DNA of 39,164 nt from Hydrurus foetidus. Its lineage: Eukaryota. A program made the translations under genes and the position numbers. Of the stretch, positions 22,842-34,022 are shown in pieces. Each line of letters opens with the position of its first letter. Position 1 is the first letter of the stretch. The stretch is taken from the NCBI GenBank assembly GCA_900617105.1, contig UYFQ01000703.1, forward strand, positions 1-39,164, in the 5' to 3' direction. The notes beneath the pieces were generated by a model, which saw only the letters and a list, made by a program, of their open reading frames with translations, was not told where the DNA came from and did not search any database.

Positions 22842-23083
22842 AGCCGCTCACACCGAAATTCTTTGTACTGGGTACCAGTTTTTCACCGCCGACAACAATC
22901 TGCACACTCGATCAGTCACATCACCTTCACTCCATAACCTCATAAATTTACAACTCGCAACCATCTGCTAAGTTACTGAGTGATTCTTGCAGAGTGGATC
23001 GCAGAGCTTCAGCCAAACGGCGAAAACGGGAAAGTTTTTTTTGCTCGGTAACTGCTTCCGCAAATATTTCGAATCGATTATTT
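22842..23083 (+). repeat. Left TIR (242 bp)
   Basis: Reverse complement of 27466-27711 apart from one ~4-nt indel. Confidence 0.95.
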
Positions 23084-23096
23084 TCTAGTCACGCTA

Positions 23097-25025
23097 ATGG
23101 GGATAAAAGACCTGATAAGCAAGATTTTTCCTGAGGAACTGAAGATAGAATCTAGCTCTGAGATCCTCAGAGACAAAACTATGGGCGTAGACGTATCAAA
23201 TTACATGTTTAAATTGATCACTACTCGTGATAATCTTGTCCGAGATTTTCACTGTGAACCGCGACTTGATACTTCTGCTCAAATTTTGAAATTCTGGGAC
23301 TCCTTCAAGAAACTTTGCGATAGATTTGATATCAAACTAGTGCTTGTATTAGATGGGAGAAGAAACACTGCAAAATTCGATACCAACCAGCTCCGAGATG
23401 CGAAGAGAGCAGCCATTATCGTAAAATTAAACGAACTTCTTCTAAATGCCAACAGTGACGATTCTGAAGAAATTTTGAAGCTACAGAAAAGTGCAATGTT
23501 CATATCAGAGGATATGCTATATGCTATTAAAACTTGGGCGGCTGAGAATGACGTTGTCTGTGTCCAATCACTCTATGAAGCGGATGCTGGTCTACAGCAC
23601 CTGGAAGATATGGGTATAACAGATGGAACTTTTTCTGAGGACGGAGATTTTTTTCCTCTCGACAGCAAATTGTGGGCTACAAAAGTGAGTCTTTCTAAAG
23701 GAATTTTAATCCTTTTCAACAGCGAGAATATCCGAACAGCCTTAACTGCACGGTTATCCCCCAGCAGTGAGGTTATCATGACAGCAGACCATGGACGGGT
23801 ACTGAGTGTGCTCCTGGGCAGCGATTTTTTGCCCCGACCAGCTGGTTTCGGACCAAAAACTGTTGAGAAGTTTATCGCAACTTGGATGATTTCATCTGAA
23901 GAGGAAAATAATAAAAGTTTAATGGAAATTGAAAAAGGTAAAAAAAAGAGGAAAAACGGTGATTCTGACGCACAAAATACCGATGCTTTTCCGAGTTACT
24001 CCTCCCGGTTTTGGCTCGCATTCAATATGTTAAAACATCCTCCTGTGTTCAAATTCACATCGTTGGAAGAAGGTGCATCTGTTAATATCGGGTTACTTGG
24101 TATTGACGACCTGAATCTAAGCAAGGAGCATGTCTTTCGCACACTAGGGTTCAATGCCTTACTAGACGTTGAGAATATAGGAGACTACAGAAAGCTTCTC
24201 TTCCTTGCGGATGACATATTCGTTAGGACTATGATGCCTCTACTACCAATTATTCAGCCAAAGAATTCTGAAGGATTGCTTCTTCCTTGGGGTTCTCAAC
24301 TAAACTTTGACAAGTGGCCTCCTAACATGTGCACATCTGACATGTTAAATAAGTGGTAACGAGCAAGAGGCGTACGTTATTCTCCAACTGTTGCTCACGA
24401 TGAATTAGTGAGATCGGTAATGACCCTTATGAATGAAGTGCCCCAGAGGGACATCATACCTGTCGACGATATACCTGAGGAGGCAGATTTTGGTGTGGGG
24501 CCTGGGGGTATACAGTGGAATTTGGACGGTGATTACAATTTTGCTCAGATAAGAGACAGCGAAGTTACTCCACCTATTAACGAAGAATTTATTGATGCAA
24601 TATTTGGTCATCGCGGTGGAGTGGAAAATCGGGCGATGCGACTCATACCTGGTGGCCACTTCAGTATGTCTACACTCAAGATATGTCGCATCATGTGCAA
24701 GCGTTCAGGCGTAAACGAAGAATGCGTTATGTATCAAATAAAGAGCACACCTTCAATGAAAGCCAACGAGTATGCAGTGAATTTAGTATTTAGAAAAGGT
24801 GTTTTAGATAATGATGAAGTTGGAGTCAGGTTTGTTAGAAGCCCTTACTCTCACTGTGATTGCCCAGCAGGCCAAATGTTCTGTTCTCACATGTTAGGTT
24901 TCTTAGGTATACTAAGAGTAATTCAAGAACATCTTCTGCTTCCATACAGCAAAATAAGTGCTTTACTTCCTCCGTCTGTTAAGGCTTTATCAAGTACAGG
25001 CATCTTACTTGAATATGTATTCTGA
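23097..25025 (+). pseudogene. XPG/FEN1/EXO1-family 5' nuclease + SAP + SWIM protein (~642 codons, one in-frame TAA at 24357-24359)
   Basis: MGIKDL, GVDVSNY, LVLDG, YEADA, SEDGDF, LLGSDF..GFGPKT (H3TH); SAP-like TSDMLNKW*RARG...DELVRSV; SWIM CDCPAGQMFCSH. The two ORFs are in the same frame. Confidence 0.88.
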
Positions 25026-25043
25026 ATTGTATTACTATTCAAT

Positions 25044-27459
25044 TTACACATACTCTCTATCTTTGTATTTCTTACAGAGATTAGCATTTGCATGACCCCA
25101 TGATATGCAATCTTTGATATAAGGTAAACAACTAGCAGGTATCACATCAGTCAGTAAATTTTCATCAGTAACTCTTGCAAAGTTAGTTTCTGAAATGTAT
25201 CTCAACTTGCATTTTACCATATCAGATGAAAGTTCAGATGTAGTAAACTGGTCTCTCCCTGATAGGAATGATGGAGTCATCTGGACATTCATGTTTGGAT
25301 ACCGTGTGGCATCATTAGCGAATCCACGATCTGCAAGTATAGCCCACCCCCGAGGGAATTTTCCTAACCGTAACGGTAACCTCAACTCTGCTAATCTCAG
25401 ATTGCGTACGACGGGGCTTAGATCGATGCCATTGACTTTCAAGGTTTGACCTTTCAGCACTCTTATCATATCGCTTCTTAACTTTGTAGTCACCTCTAAA
25501 TACTCGGATAGGAGACAGGATTCTAAATTACCACATGCGTACTGTGTGTGCAATCTCTTCAAACATTTCAATTGAATCAATTTAGACTCTGGCGATTTGT
25601 TTGGTCCTGATCTTAATACAGCTTGCTCTACTACATCGTGATCCTCTGTTGAATATATTCTTGCCTTCTTCCTACTATTTGCAGTGTTTTCTTTGTCAGC
25701 TGAGATCATACTCTGAAACCACTTATCTATTCGACTACAAAAATGTTCGCTGTCTGCTTCTCCTGGTGCTATATCTTCGTCCCCTTCCATGACTTCTCCC
25801 TGTACCTTAGTAACACCAGCAACCATTTTTCCTACATTTCTCGTACTAACACGCGATTGTATTGGACGTTTTATTTTCTTTAAATCCTTGTAGAGCTGTT
25901 TATCAATTAAACGCAAGGGTACTTCTCCAATATGAGACCCCAGTACCTGCACTATGTGAGTTTCAGACGCTCTTCCAAGATAAGGCTCAGATCTCTCACC
26001 GTTCAAGCCATTATTAAGCACCCAAGATAATACCCTCAGAGCTGAACAGTTAACTTTGTTGGAGTGTCCTGCTCTAGTAATTCCACTGTGAGTACGTATC
26101 GTTTCTGTTTTAAAATCCTCGCCATCAACTAGGCCACACACTTTGTCAGTAGAGCCGTTGACAAAATCTTCAGGAGTGAGAGATATAAGAATGGATTCGT
26201 TGATATCTAGTATAGACAGATTTGCACCCGCTTCTCCCCAAAGGGGGGCCCATATTTTGACATACCGGCCTATATTACTTCGCCCCCATATGTTACCAAT
26301 TAACTCAAACTCCAAACCTTTTCTGAAATACATTTTTGTTATCATACTTTTTTCAAAGTCACATATTTGCCCGTCTTTGATTTCTACCGTTGTATTCACA
26401 TAGGGCCAAAGACACTTGTGGTAAATGACGAACTCTGCAAAACTAATGAATCCGAGCCAGTAGTGACAGAACTTAGGGTGACTCTCGTGCCAGATAGGGC
26501 AAACGATGTTAGACCGAGTAATACCTTTAGATAAAGTCACTTTCATTTTCCCCAATTCGTCTGCAACTTCACGATTTTTTATCTTGCAACAACCGGTTAC
26601 TTTCAGCTGACACCTCGAGCTGCCTTTTCAATACCTTGACTTCACTTTCAATTTTTCTTAGCACTTTCTTCCCTTCATCGGTCATATTATTAATTATCGT
26701 TACTTTCTTTTCTTCGTCAGCAACTATTTTATTTTTACTCTTCTGCTCCAGCATTTTTCTCTCCTCAATCAGAATCTCAGCAGCCATAAATGCGGACTTC
26801 TGTCGGACCGTTGCTAGTCGGGCAAGATCTTCTCCAGGGAACTTATTTTCACTGCTGTTGGAAGACAATGCTTTTCTTATCGCTGCAGGTACAGAGTGGT
26901 CGCCAGAAGCCAGATTGTTAATCTGCTGATCCAAGAATACAGTATTTAGATAATTTCGGTAAAATCCAACAGTAGCCGAGGGAACATTAAAATAGTAGCA
27001 AGATGAGGACGAGATAGCTGCTGGTACTCGATCAGGGGTTGTCAATCCTATCTCTCTGCCTAGTTCGAGGCTCAGAATCTTTGGAAAGATCTTTTTCGAT
27101 GATCCTTCATTGGAATTACGGTGTTCCTCGAGAACCCTCGGATGCCAGTGACTGAAGGCCAAAAAATTTGGTGATTTGTCTTTCAAATCTGTCAAGCGAA
27201 GATGATTAATCACTAATGACCTATACTTGTCAGATATGATAGCTTTAGGAGTCGAACTCGTCTTCGATTTGGTCGGAATATAGCACAAGCCCACCCTGTG
27301 AAAATGAGACAGTAATTATACAGTAGAGGCGTCGCAGTTGAAAGCTCCTGAAATTCCTGAAAAGATAGGATCTTACATATCATGCTGTTCGAGAGCAATT
27401 AGACGCTCCTGCAGTTGACTGCACTCATCAGAATCAGTGCAACAGCACTTTCTACCCAT
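25044..27459 (-). pseudogene. ISL2EU-type DDE transposase; exon 1 27459-27377, intron 27376-27296, one frameshift at 26575-26580
   Basis: Cys-rich THAP-like start MGRKCCC..C, coiled coil, HTH (FEK..ITKMYFRKG..FELIG.IWG), LVDG, YLGRASE, ILADRGF, TPSFLSGRDQF, LRYISE. Confidence 0.85.
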
Positions 27460-27465
27460 ATCCTC

Positions 27466-27711
27466 AAATAATCGATTCGAAATATTTGCGGAAGCAGTTA
27501 CCGAGCAAAAAAAACTTTCCCGTTTTCGCCGTAACTGTGGCTGAAGCTCTGCGATCCACTCTGCAAGAATCACTCAGTAACTTAGCAGATGGTTGCGAGT
27601 TGTAAATTTATGAGGTTATGGAGTGAAGGTGATGTGACTGATCGAGTGTGCAGATTGTTGTCGGCGGTGAAAAACTGGTACCCAGTACAAAGAATTTCGG
27701 TGTGAGCGGCT
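27466..27711 (-). repeat. Right TIR (246 bp)
   Basis: Inverted copy of 22842-23083. Confidence 0.95.
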
Positions 27712-27714
27712 ATA

Positions 27715-28036
27715 TCCTTCCTGGGTACGCGCTCCTTCTGCAGGTTCAACACGTGCGCTAGCAACTTTCCCGGGCTCAAGGCGAAAGCTCTGCTGGTGTG
27801 AGTATTAAGGTAATTAACGATGCAACATCGCTTACATCGTTCATGGAGACAGGCGAAAAGATCGCGCTGTCCCGCACAGTCAAACATGGTGCACTTTCAT
27901 CTTTTGATGTTCCTGGGTTAAAGGAACCTGGACCGGTGGAGTAGCGACCACCACACGGCACACGACGTACGAAACGTCATCAAATGTACATACGTAATAA
28001 CTTATACGGTTACTTAGCTCATTAGTTATTCCGACA
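27715..28036 (-). repeat. 3' LTR of C, main part
   Basis: Matches 33700-34022 with about 3 differences; preceded on the minus strand by CATAGGGGTG (28046-28037). Confidence 0.95.
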
Positions 28037-28422
28037 CACCCCTATGGCGTGAGTCGTCGGGTTGGTGTACGCGAATGAAAACGCAATAGAATTCAAAAAT
28101 GCTCCGTTTACTTGAAGCTTCACAAATGGTGTATCATAACATGATTTTATATTGTAGGGAAGTAGGGTAATGGTGGGGTTGACCTTAATTGTGACGTTAG
28201 ATAATTTATTGCATGCAGGGTAATATTAGTATCATAAGGTCTGACTGATCCGAATGAGCATAGAGTTAAACAATTCTAAAAAGACTTTATGTAACACGCA
28301 AAAGATTACACTTAAAATAATTTTCTGACTTGTTATACTATCTGATTCCGGAATCGGGTCTTGGGTCTGGGTCCACGGTCCTCGCTCTTTATGTCTCTGT
28401 CGGGGTTTTCTTGAGTCGCACT

Positions 28423-28585
28423 TGATGGGGTAGAAGAAAAATGATGGAGGGGGGCAGCAGGAATGATGGAGTCTTGGTGTCTTGAGTGGTCAGTCTTCGT
28501 CATGACGCGCGCTGATGGGGTAGTAGAGTCGGATGTGGGGGCAGTAGGGATGACGGAGTCTTGGGGTCTTGAGTGTTCAGTCTTC
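28423..28585. repeat. Imperfect tandem duplication (~87-90 bp period) downstream of C pol
   Basis: TGATGGGGTAG...GGAGTCTTGG.GTCTTGAGTG.TCAGTCTTC occurs at 28423-28498 and 28513-28585. Confidence 0.75.
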
Positions 28586-28663
28586 AGCTGAAGCGGACAG
28601 CGGCGTTGTAGAAGGGTAAGATGGAGGGGTTAGCATGTCGGATGGATTCTTCGTCGGTAGGTA

Positions 28664-31600
28664 TTAGTTCTTCTTGGATGTAGGGTATGGAAATCGTGGG
28701 TTGAATTTGGTGCGTACGGGTGTCGGCGCGGAGTCCGTACGGTCCTCAGTCTTGCATCCATCTGCGTACGTGAGGGTAGGTGGTGAAGTGTTGAGCAGCT
28801 CCTTCCTGAGCTTCTTGAACAATTCACCCTGCAGTGGCTTGGTTAGAATGTCTGCAATCATGTCAGTAGTAGGTAGGTACACAATGTCTACATCGCCTGT
28901 ACTGATTCTGTCGTGCAGGAAAAATACCGTATATCAACGTGCCGCGTACGTTCGCTGTTCGAGCGACCGTTACGTATGAGCTGTATCGTAGACTGATTGT
29001 CTTGATACACTAAGGCGGGAGGTTGAGGGTGTCCCTGGCACTCCAGGAAGTTCCTGGTCCACAGAACTTGGTTGGCGGAGTCGCTGAGTGCGACTAGCTC
29101 GGCCTCCGTGCTGGACTTTGTCATGAGGCGCTGAGTACCGCTCTTGGCGTAGATCGCTCCCTTCCCAAGGGTGATTACGCTGCCTGTGTGACTTTTCATA
29201 TCGGGATGTATGGCAAAGGATGCATCGATATATGCAATAACATGAATAGGTTCATATACTTCAAATGTTATACCCGTATGCTGACTACCCCGTATGTACT
29301 GTATCGTACGGGTCAGCTTGTCGTAGTCGTCCCTTTGGGGCCTCAGCACTCTCTTTGTCAGGAACGCTACGGCAGTCAGAATGTCTGGCCTCGTCCTCTT
29401 ACTCAGGTAGAGTAGCTTCGCTGTAATAGAGTGAAAACGCTCACGCAGATTATCAGGTAAGGGTGAGTCAGATTCATCAGGTATAGTGAATAGATTGGCT
29501 CGTGCGGGTGTGTTTGCCGTGCCCGGCATATCCTTACACCCCTCAATGAGGTCTTGTACGAAGCCTTCCATAGTCATTTTAACGCAGCCTTCCTTGCTGA
29601 AGTCGAAAGTCATGCCTATGTAATTTAAAACTTTTCCTCTGTGTTTGGTTAGACCGGGATATATAGTTTCAATTTGTTTTATAACATCATCAACGCGAGA
29701 TTCACTTGAAGCAGTAATTATCATATCATCAACATGAATTACGAGTGATGTTTGTGTGTTATCCGATTCAGTTCGGTTGAATACGCATATGTCATATTCA
29801 TTAGCAGTATAATTGAATTTAATCAAATCACTGGATAGCTTATCATACCATAGTTTAGCAGATTCAACGCATCCATATAAAGCTTTCTTAAGTTTAACAA
29901 TACATGTTCCATTGTTATTCATGTATTTGTTATATGTTGCATCAATCTTAATTAGTGCAGCAGTCAGTTGTTTATTCAGACGCATGTATACAACATGGTC
30001 GCCGGTCAGCGGCATATCACTATTCAGGAATGCACCGGGAAAGTCAACAGTGGCGACAGCACGCTTCTGTCTAGCAGCAATTGCAGTCAGTATGAATACA
30101 CTAGATGTGCTAGCAGTAGGCGAGGCGCCATTGTTATAAACATCTCTATCTTGTAAGTGCCCACCGGCTACTAGTCTAGATTTCAGTTTTTCAAACATAC
30201 CATCAGCAGTGTACTTTTCTTTTAGAAACATGCTACTAGATATGATGGTGCGTTTTTGTTGTGGGGTGAGGGATTCATAAGTTACACCTTCCCAAACATT
30301 CTTTTCACACATTTGTTTAAGTTCAGATGTGATGGAGTCAACAGCTATCACCCCTAACTTATTAATACCTTCATTAACAGTCATTTTATACAGGTGAGTG
30401 TGATTATAAAACAGGTTACCAACATATTTCTTATCCCATTTTCCAAGTTGGTGATTTCTACCACTTCTACGCAGTATGGGTGAGTTAATAACAGGTGGGT
30501 CATATGCAGTGTCTATTATGGTGTCAGGTGGAGTGAATACTTCAGGGTGTACAGTTACATCAGCGAAGTCATCTTCATCATCACTTATGCCAAATATGTC
30601 ATCTATCAGTGCTTGATCATATTTAGGTTGGGGTACATGTGTATCATCATGTGTGTCATCATAATATAGTTCGTCATTGTCGTATGTAGTGTCACTCACA
30701 TATAGTGTGTCATCTACATACTCATCTAATGTGGGTGGGTGATTTTCATCAGACATATCGAGTTGTGATTCAAGATGTGTTTCGTTATCATTGTGATCGT
30801 TATCTTCAATAATCTCATCGGTGTAATCTGCGTTAGCATTTTCATCGACAGTTTCATATTCAACATCACCAATGTAAGCACTATCATCTTCAACATCGTC
30901 ATCATCATCGAATACAATGTGACTACTATTCTCAAATACAGGCTGTTTAACATTGGCAGTTTTTCTCTTTGAAGCTAGTACATTCAAGTGTAATATAACT
31001 TCATCAGGCATAGGTAGTACAGTTGCTTTAGTACGTTTAACAATGCGTTCGTTAGCTAACAGCATGTAGTACCATGAACCTTCTAGATTACCGGAGCTCA
31101 TAAGTGCTATGGCCCCGGCTGTTCTTGGTTTGGTAGAGTTATCAATGACATCATTATGCACTTGGACATAATCACCAAAACCATGTTTAATCTCCTTATC
31201 TACGTCTAACTTTCTTCCAGTTAATTTCTCTCGTGGACTGATGTGATTAAGTGAGTTACGTGTGGGTGCTAATACAATTCTACTGACTGCATACTTAACT
31301 AACCACACTTCTAATTTCTCATTCAATGAGAACGGTAGAGAATTGACTACTGATCTTACTCTCTCCTTTATGTGTCGTATCTTACGCTCGACTACGGCTA
31401 CGGCTTCTCCGGCTCCGGTAACGTCTAGTACTATACCTCTTAAGCCGACTTTGTTGTGAAACCATTCTGTATTGATTGCACCCTCGCCGTCTACTCGGAT
31501 CATCTTAACTCTGAATCTGTACTTTACCATGCTTGCTAATGAAGTCTTTAGGCTGTTCCATATGCTCTTGTGCTCTCGGTTAGCTAACTTGCTAACGTAT

Positions 31601-32550
31601 AGGAACTCGATGGGCTGCACTACTGATACTAGATATGGTACTTGGTTGACAAACATTATATCTACATACATAATCTGTTCTGTCTTGTACTCAATACCTA
31701 TCAGTGGTAGCTTCTCTTCTAACTTGGCCTGGTGACTGGTGGTCTTCCCCTTAAGGGATCCCACGTCCGGTCCCCATATATCAATGGCTCTATGTACGTC
31801 TCGCGCAGTCACTTTGCTATTAGTCAAATTCCCTTGGGATATCAACTTAATAGTCTGTGCTGCGCTAGCGTATCCTAATCTACGCTGATAGTCTCTAGCT
31901 AACGACGCGTCTCTGACTTCTCTTACTGTATACTTCTTCTTATTCTGCTCTACTGTCGTAACTAACATTGGCATGCATTCTGTTACCATAGTGTCAAGAT
32001 TACATTGGTATATATTCATAGCCTCATCTCGTGAGAATCTATAAAAATATTTTCCGCTGACGTCTTGCACTATGTAACAATCATAGTCATGTAAGTACTT
32101 AACATCAGTACAGTCACGTACAGCATTACCAAAAGACAATATGTTACCAGCACAGTCAGGGCTATAGTACACGTTGCCGAACGCCGACACCCCACGTTTC
32201 TTGATTATTAGCGGTTTTCCTTTCGGATTCACCCCGCTAACAATCATAGGTGTGGGTGCGTGTTCGACATTATACAGCAGGGATGAGTCGTTGAAAACCG
32301 ACTCACCAGCACATGTGTCAAGCAGAATGTGTCTACTTCTAATCATGTTATATATATTGCATGTATTGGCACTAAAAACAATATGATCACATGTTTCAAT
32401 TCCGCTAGTGGAATCAGCCAAACATGGAGGATCGGTGAGTGTATGTATAGGTGTGTGTGTGGATGTAAGTGTGGGTGAATGTACAGGTGAGGAATAATGT
32501 ATCTTACTTAGTTTACCGACTTTCCACTGGGTGCTGATGCACCCGCTTGG
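28664..32550 (-). CDS. copia pol of C (PR-IN-RT-RNase H); one frameshift near 28920
   Basis: LLDTCAG; YVDIMF/RVDGEG/VERKIR; KSRLVAGG, VDFPGAFL, KKALYG, IHVDD; IDASF, SSTEAE; tail ADILTKP in another frame after an A-run. The frame is open upstream to 32550. Confidence 0.9.
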
Positions 32551-33620
32551 CTATCCTTGGCCGTACACTCATAGGAGTAGTGTCCGGCTTCACCGCACTT
32601 ATTGCAATTTCCGGGACGGGTGCCGTACGACGTACGCCCACCCCTCCCTCTGTCCCCGTTCCCACTAGCCTTCCCTTTACCAGCATCAGTAGGTTTCTCA
32701 CCGCCAGCCGTTTTCGTGGCGAAAACGTTGGTCTGGTTGGGTGGTGTTGCTGCTGCTGATTTCCTCGGCGTGACCTTAGCCATCTCGATGTATGCATCCT
32801 CGAGTGTGTCTGGCCACTCCTTCAGTCCGTGCTCGTAGTATTCTACGTAGTGACGGTAACCGGAGTTCAGGCCGTTCATGAACTTCATCCCTGTTAGAAG
32901 TTCATTATGTGCGGTCATGGCCTCGTTGAACTCGGGCATGACCCCTAGTGCCCGCATCGTGTCCTTGTATCCGGATTTCAACGCTTTAAAGCGTTGATAG
33001 TAATACTTCAGCACGTCATTCTGCTCCATCTTGACTGTCTCGTAAGCCATTCGGACTCTCAACAGATTTTGATCGGCGCCCAACCTCGGATCAGAGAGGT
33101 GGGTCAGAATGATGGCTCTCAACAATAGCAATGGGTCCTCCGCAGTCATAGCTGCTGGCCCTGTTTCTGCCTCTCGAATTGTCGCTTTCGACCCTTCGCT
33201 AATCTGACCGAGCATTAGTCCGAAGACTTGCTTGCGGTCCTTTCTCAGAGTAAGTATATTTCTATCATATAGCTCCAATGCTCGCTTCCATTTTGTTGAT
33301 ACCATGAAATTTGCATCGGCAGCTATGTCCGCTGGAGCGACATATTGCGGGTAATCACCCGGTATGCCCTCGTTGCCGAATATCTCAGAGATATCGGACT
33401 TATAGTTCGCGCGAGTATACTCGCGGAACTTCCTCATCCATGCGCTTACGCTGCCATGGTTCATCTCTCTTCCAAGATCCAGGAATGCGCCAATCGCGGC
33501 TACCGTTCCTGTTCTTGGTGGAGGCTTCGCACCGCGGCCAGCATTCCCTCTGCCACCGTTGGCAGGGTTTGCTCGACCGCCTGCGGTATTGTGTTCTCGG
33601 CCTCGGCCTCTGCCTTTCAT
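32508..33620 (-). CDS. copia gag of C
   Basis: 370 aa starting 37 nt after the 5' LTR; RG-rich N-terminus; CNKCGEAGHYSYEC zinc knuckle. Confidence 0.9.
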   Translation of the reverse strand: MKGRGRGREHNTAGGRANPANGGRGNAGRGAKPPPRTGTVAAIGAFLDLGREMNHGSVSAWMRKFREYTRANYKSDISEIFGNEGIPGDYPQYVAPADIAADANFMVSTKWKRALELYDRNILTLRKDRKQVFGLMLGQISEGSKATIREAETGPAAMTAEDPLLLLRAIILTHLSDPRLGADQNLLRVRMAYETVKMEQNDVLKYYYQRFKALKSGYKDTMRALGVMPEFNEAMTAHNELLTGMKFMNGLNSGYRHYVEYYEHGLKEWPDTLEDAYIEMAKVTPRKSAAATPPNQTNVFATKTAGGEKPTDAGKGKASGNGDRGRGGRTSYGTRPGNCNKCGEAGHYSYECTAKDSQAGASAPSGKSVN

Positions 33621-33647
33621 GTTGCAACTGGTTGCAACGAAAGCAAC

Positions 33648-33657
33648 TCGTTAATTA
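33648..33657 (-). promoter_or_regulatory. PBS-position sequence TAATTAACGA, complementary to the element's own LTR (33796-33805)
   Basis: Abuts the LTR end; forms a perfect 10-nt inverted repeat with the LTR-internal site. Confidence 0.75.
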
Positions 33658-34022
33658 TGTCGTAACTAAGGATCAGTTTCCACTGAATGGAAAACTATAT
33701 CCTTCCTGGGTACGCGCTCCTTCTGCAGGTTCAACACGTGCGCTAGCAACTTTCCCGGGCTCAAGGCGAAAGCTCTGCTGGTGTGAGTATTAAGGTAATT
33801 AACGATGCAACATCGCTTACATCGTTCATGGAGACAGGCGAAAAGATCGCGCTGTCCCGCACAGTCAAACATGGTGCACTTTCATCTTTTTGATGTTCCT
33901 GGGTTAAAGGAACCTGGACCGGTGGAGTAGTGACCACCACACGGCACACGACGTACGGAACGTCATCAAATGTACATACGTAATAACTTATACGGTTACT
34001 TAGCTCATTAGTTATTCCGACA
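33658..34022 (-). repeat. 5' LTR of C (365 bp)
   Basis: Uninterrupted copy of the split 3' LTR. Confidence 0.95.

Larger units (their letters stand above)
22842..27711. mobile_element. ISL2EU-like (PIF/Harbinger superfamily) DNA transposon, 4870 bp, carrying an XPG/EXO1-SAP-SWIM gene
   Basis: ~240-bp TIRs, TSD ATA (22839-22841, 27712-27714) confirmed against the empty 5' LTR, and two convergent genes. Confidence 0.92.
22800..34022 (-). mobile_element. Ty1/copia element C (3' LTR interrupted by an ISL2EU-like transposon)
   Basis: 5' LTR 33658-34022; 3' LTR 22800-22841 plus 27715-28036; TGTCG...CGACA termini; flanks CTGGA/CTGGG (4/5). Confidence 0.93.

Noticed and set aside
23097..24359. Ordinary host EXO1/FEN1 gene
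   Set aside because: It lies between TIRs, inside an LTR whose twin shows the empty site.
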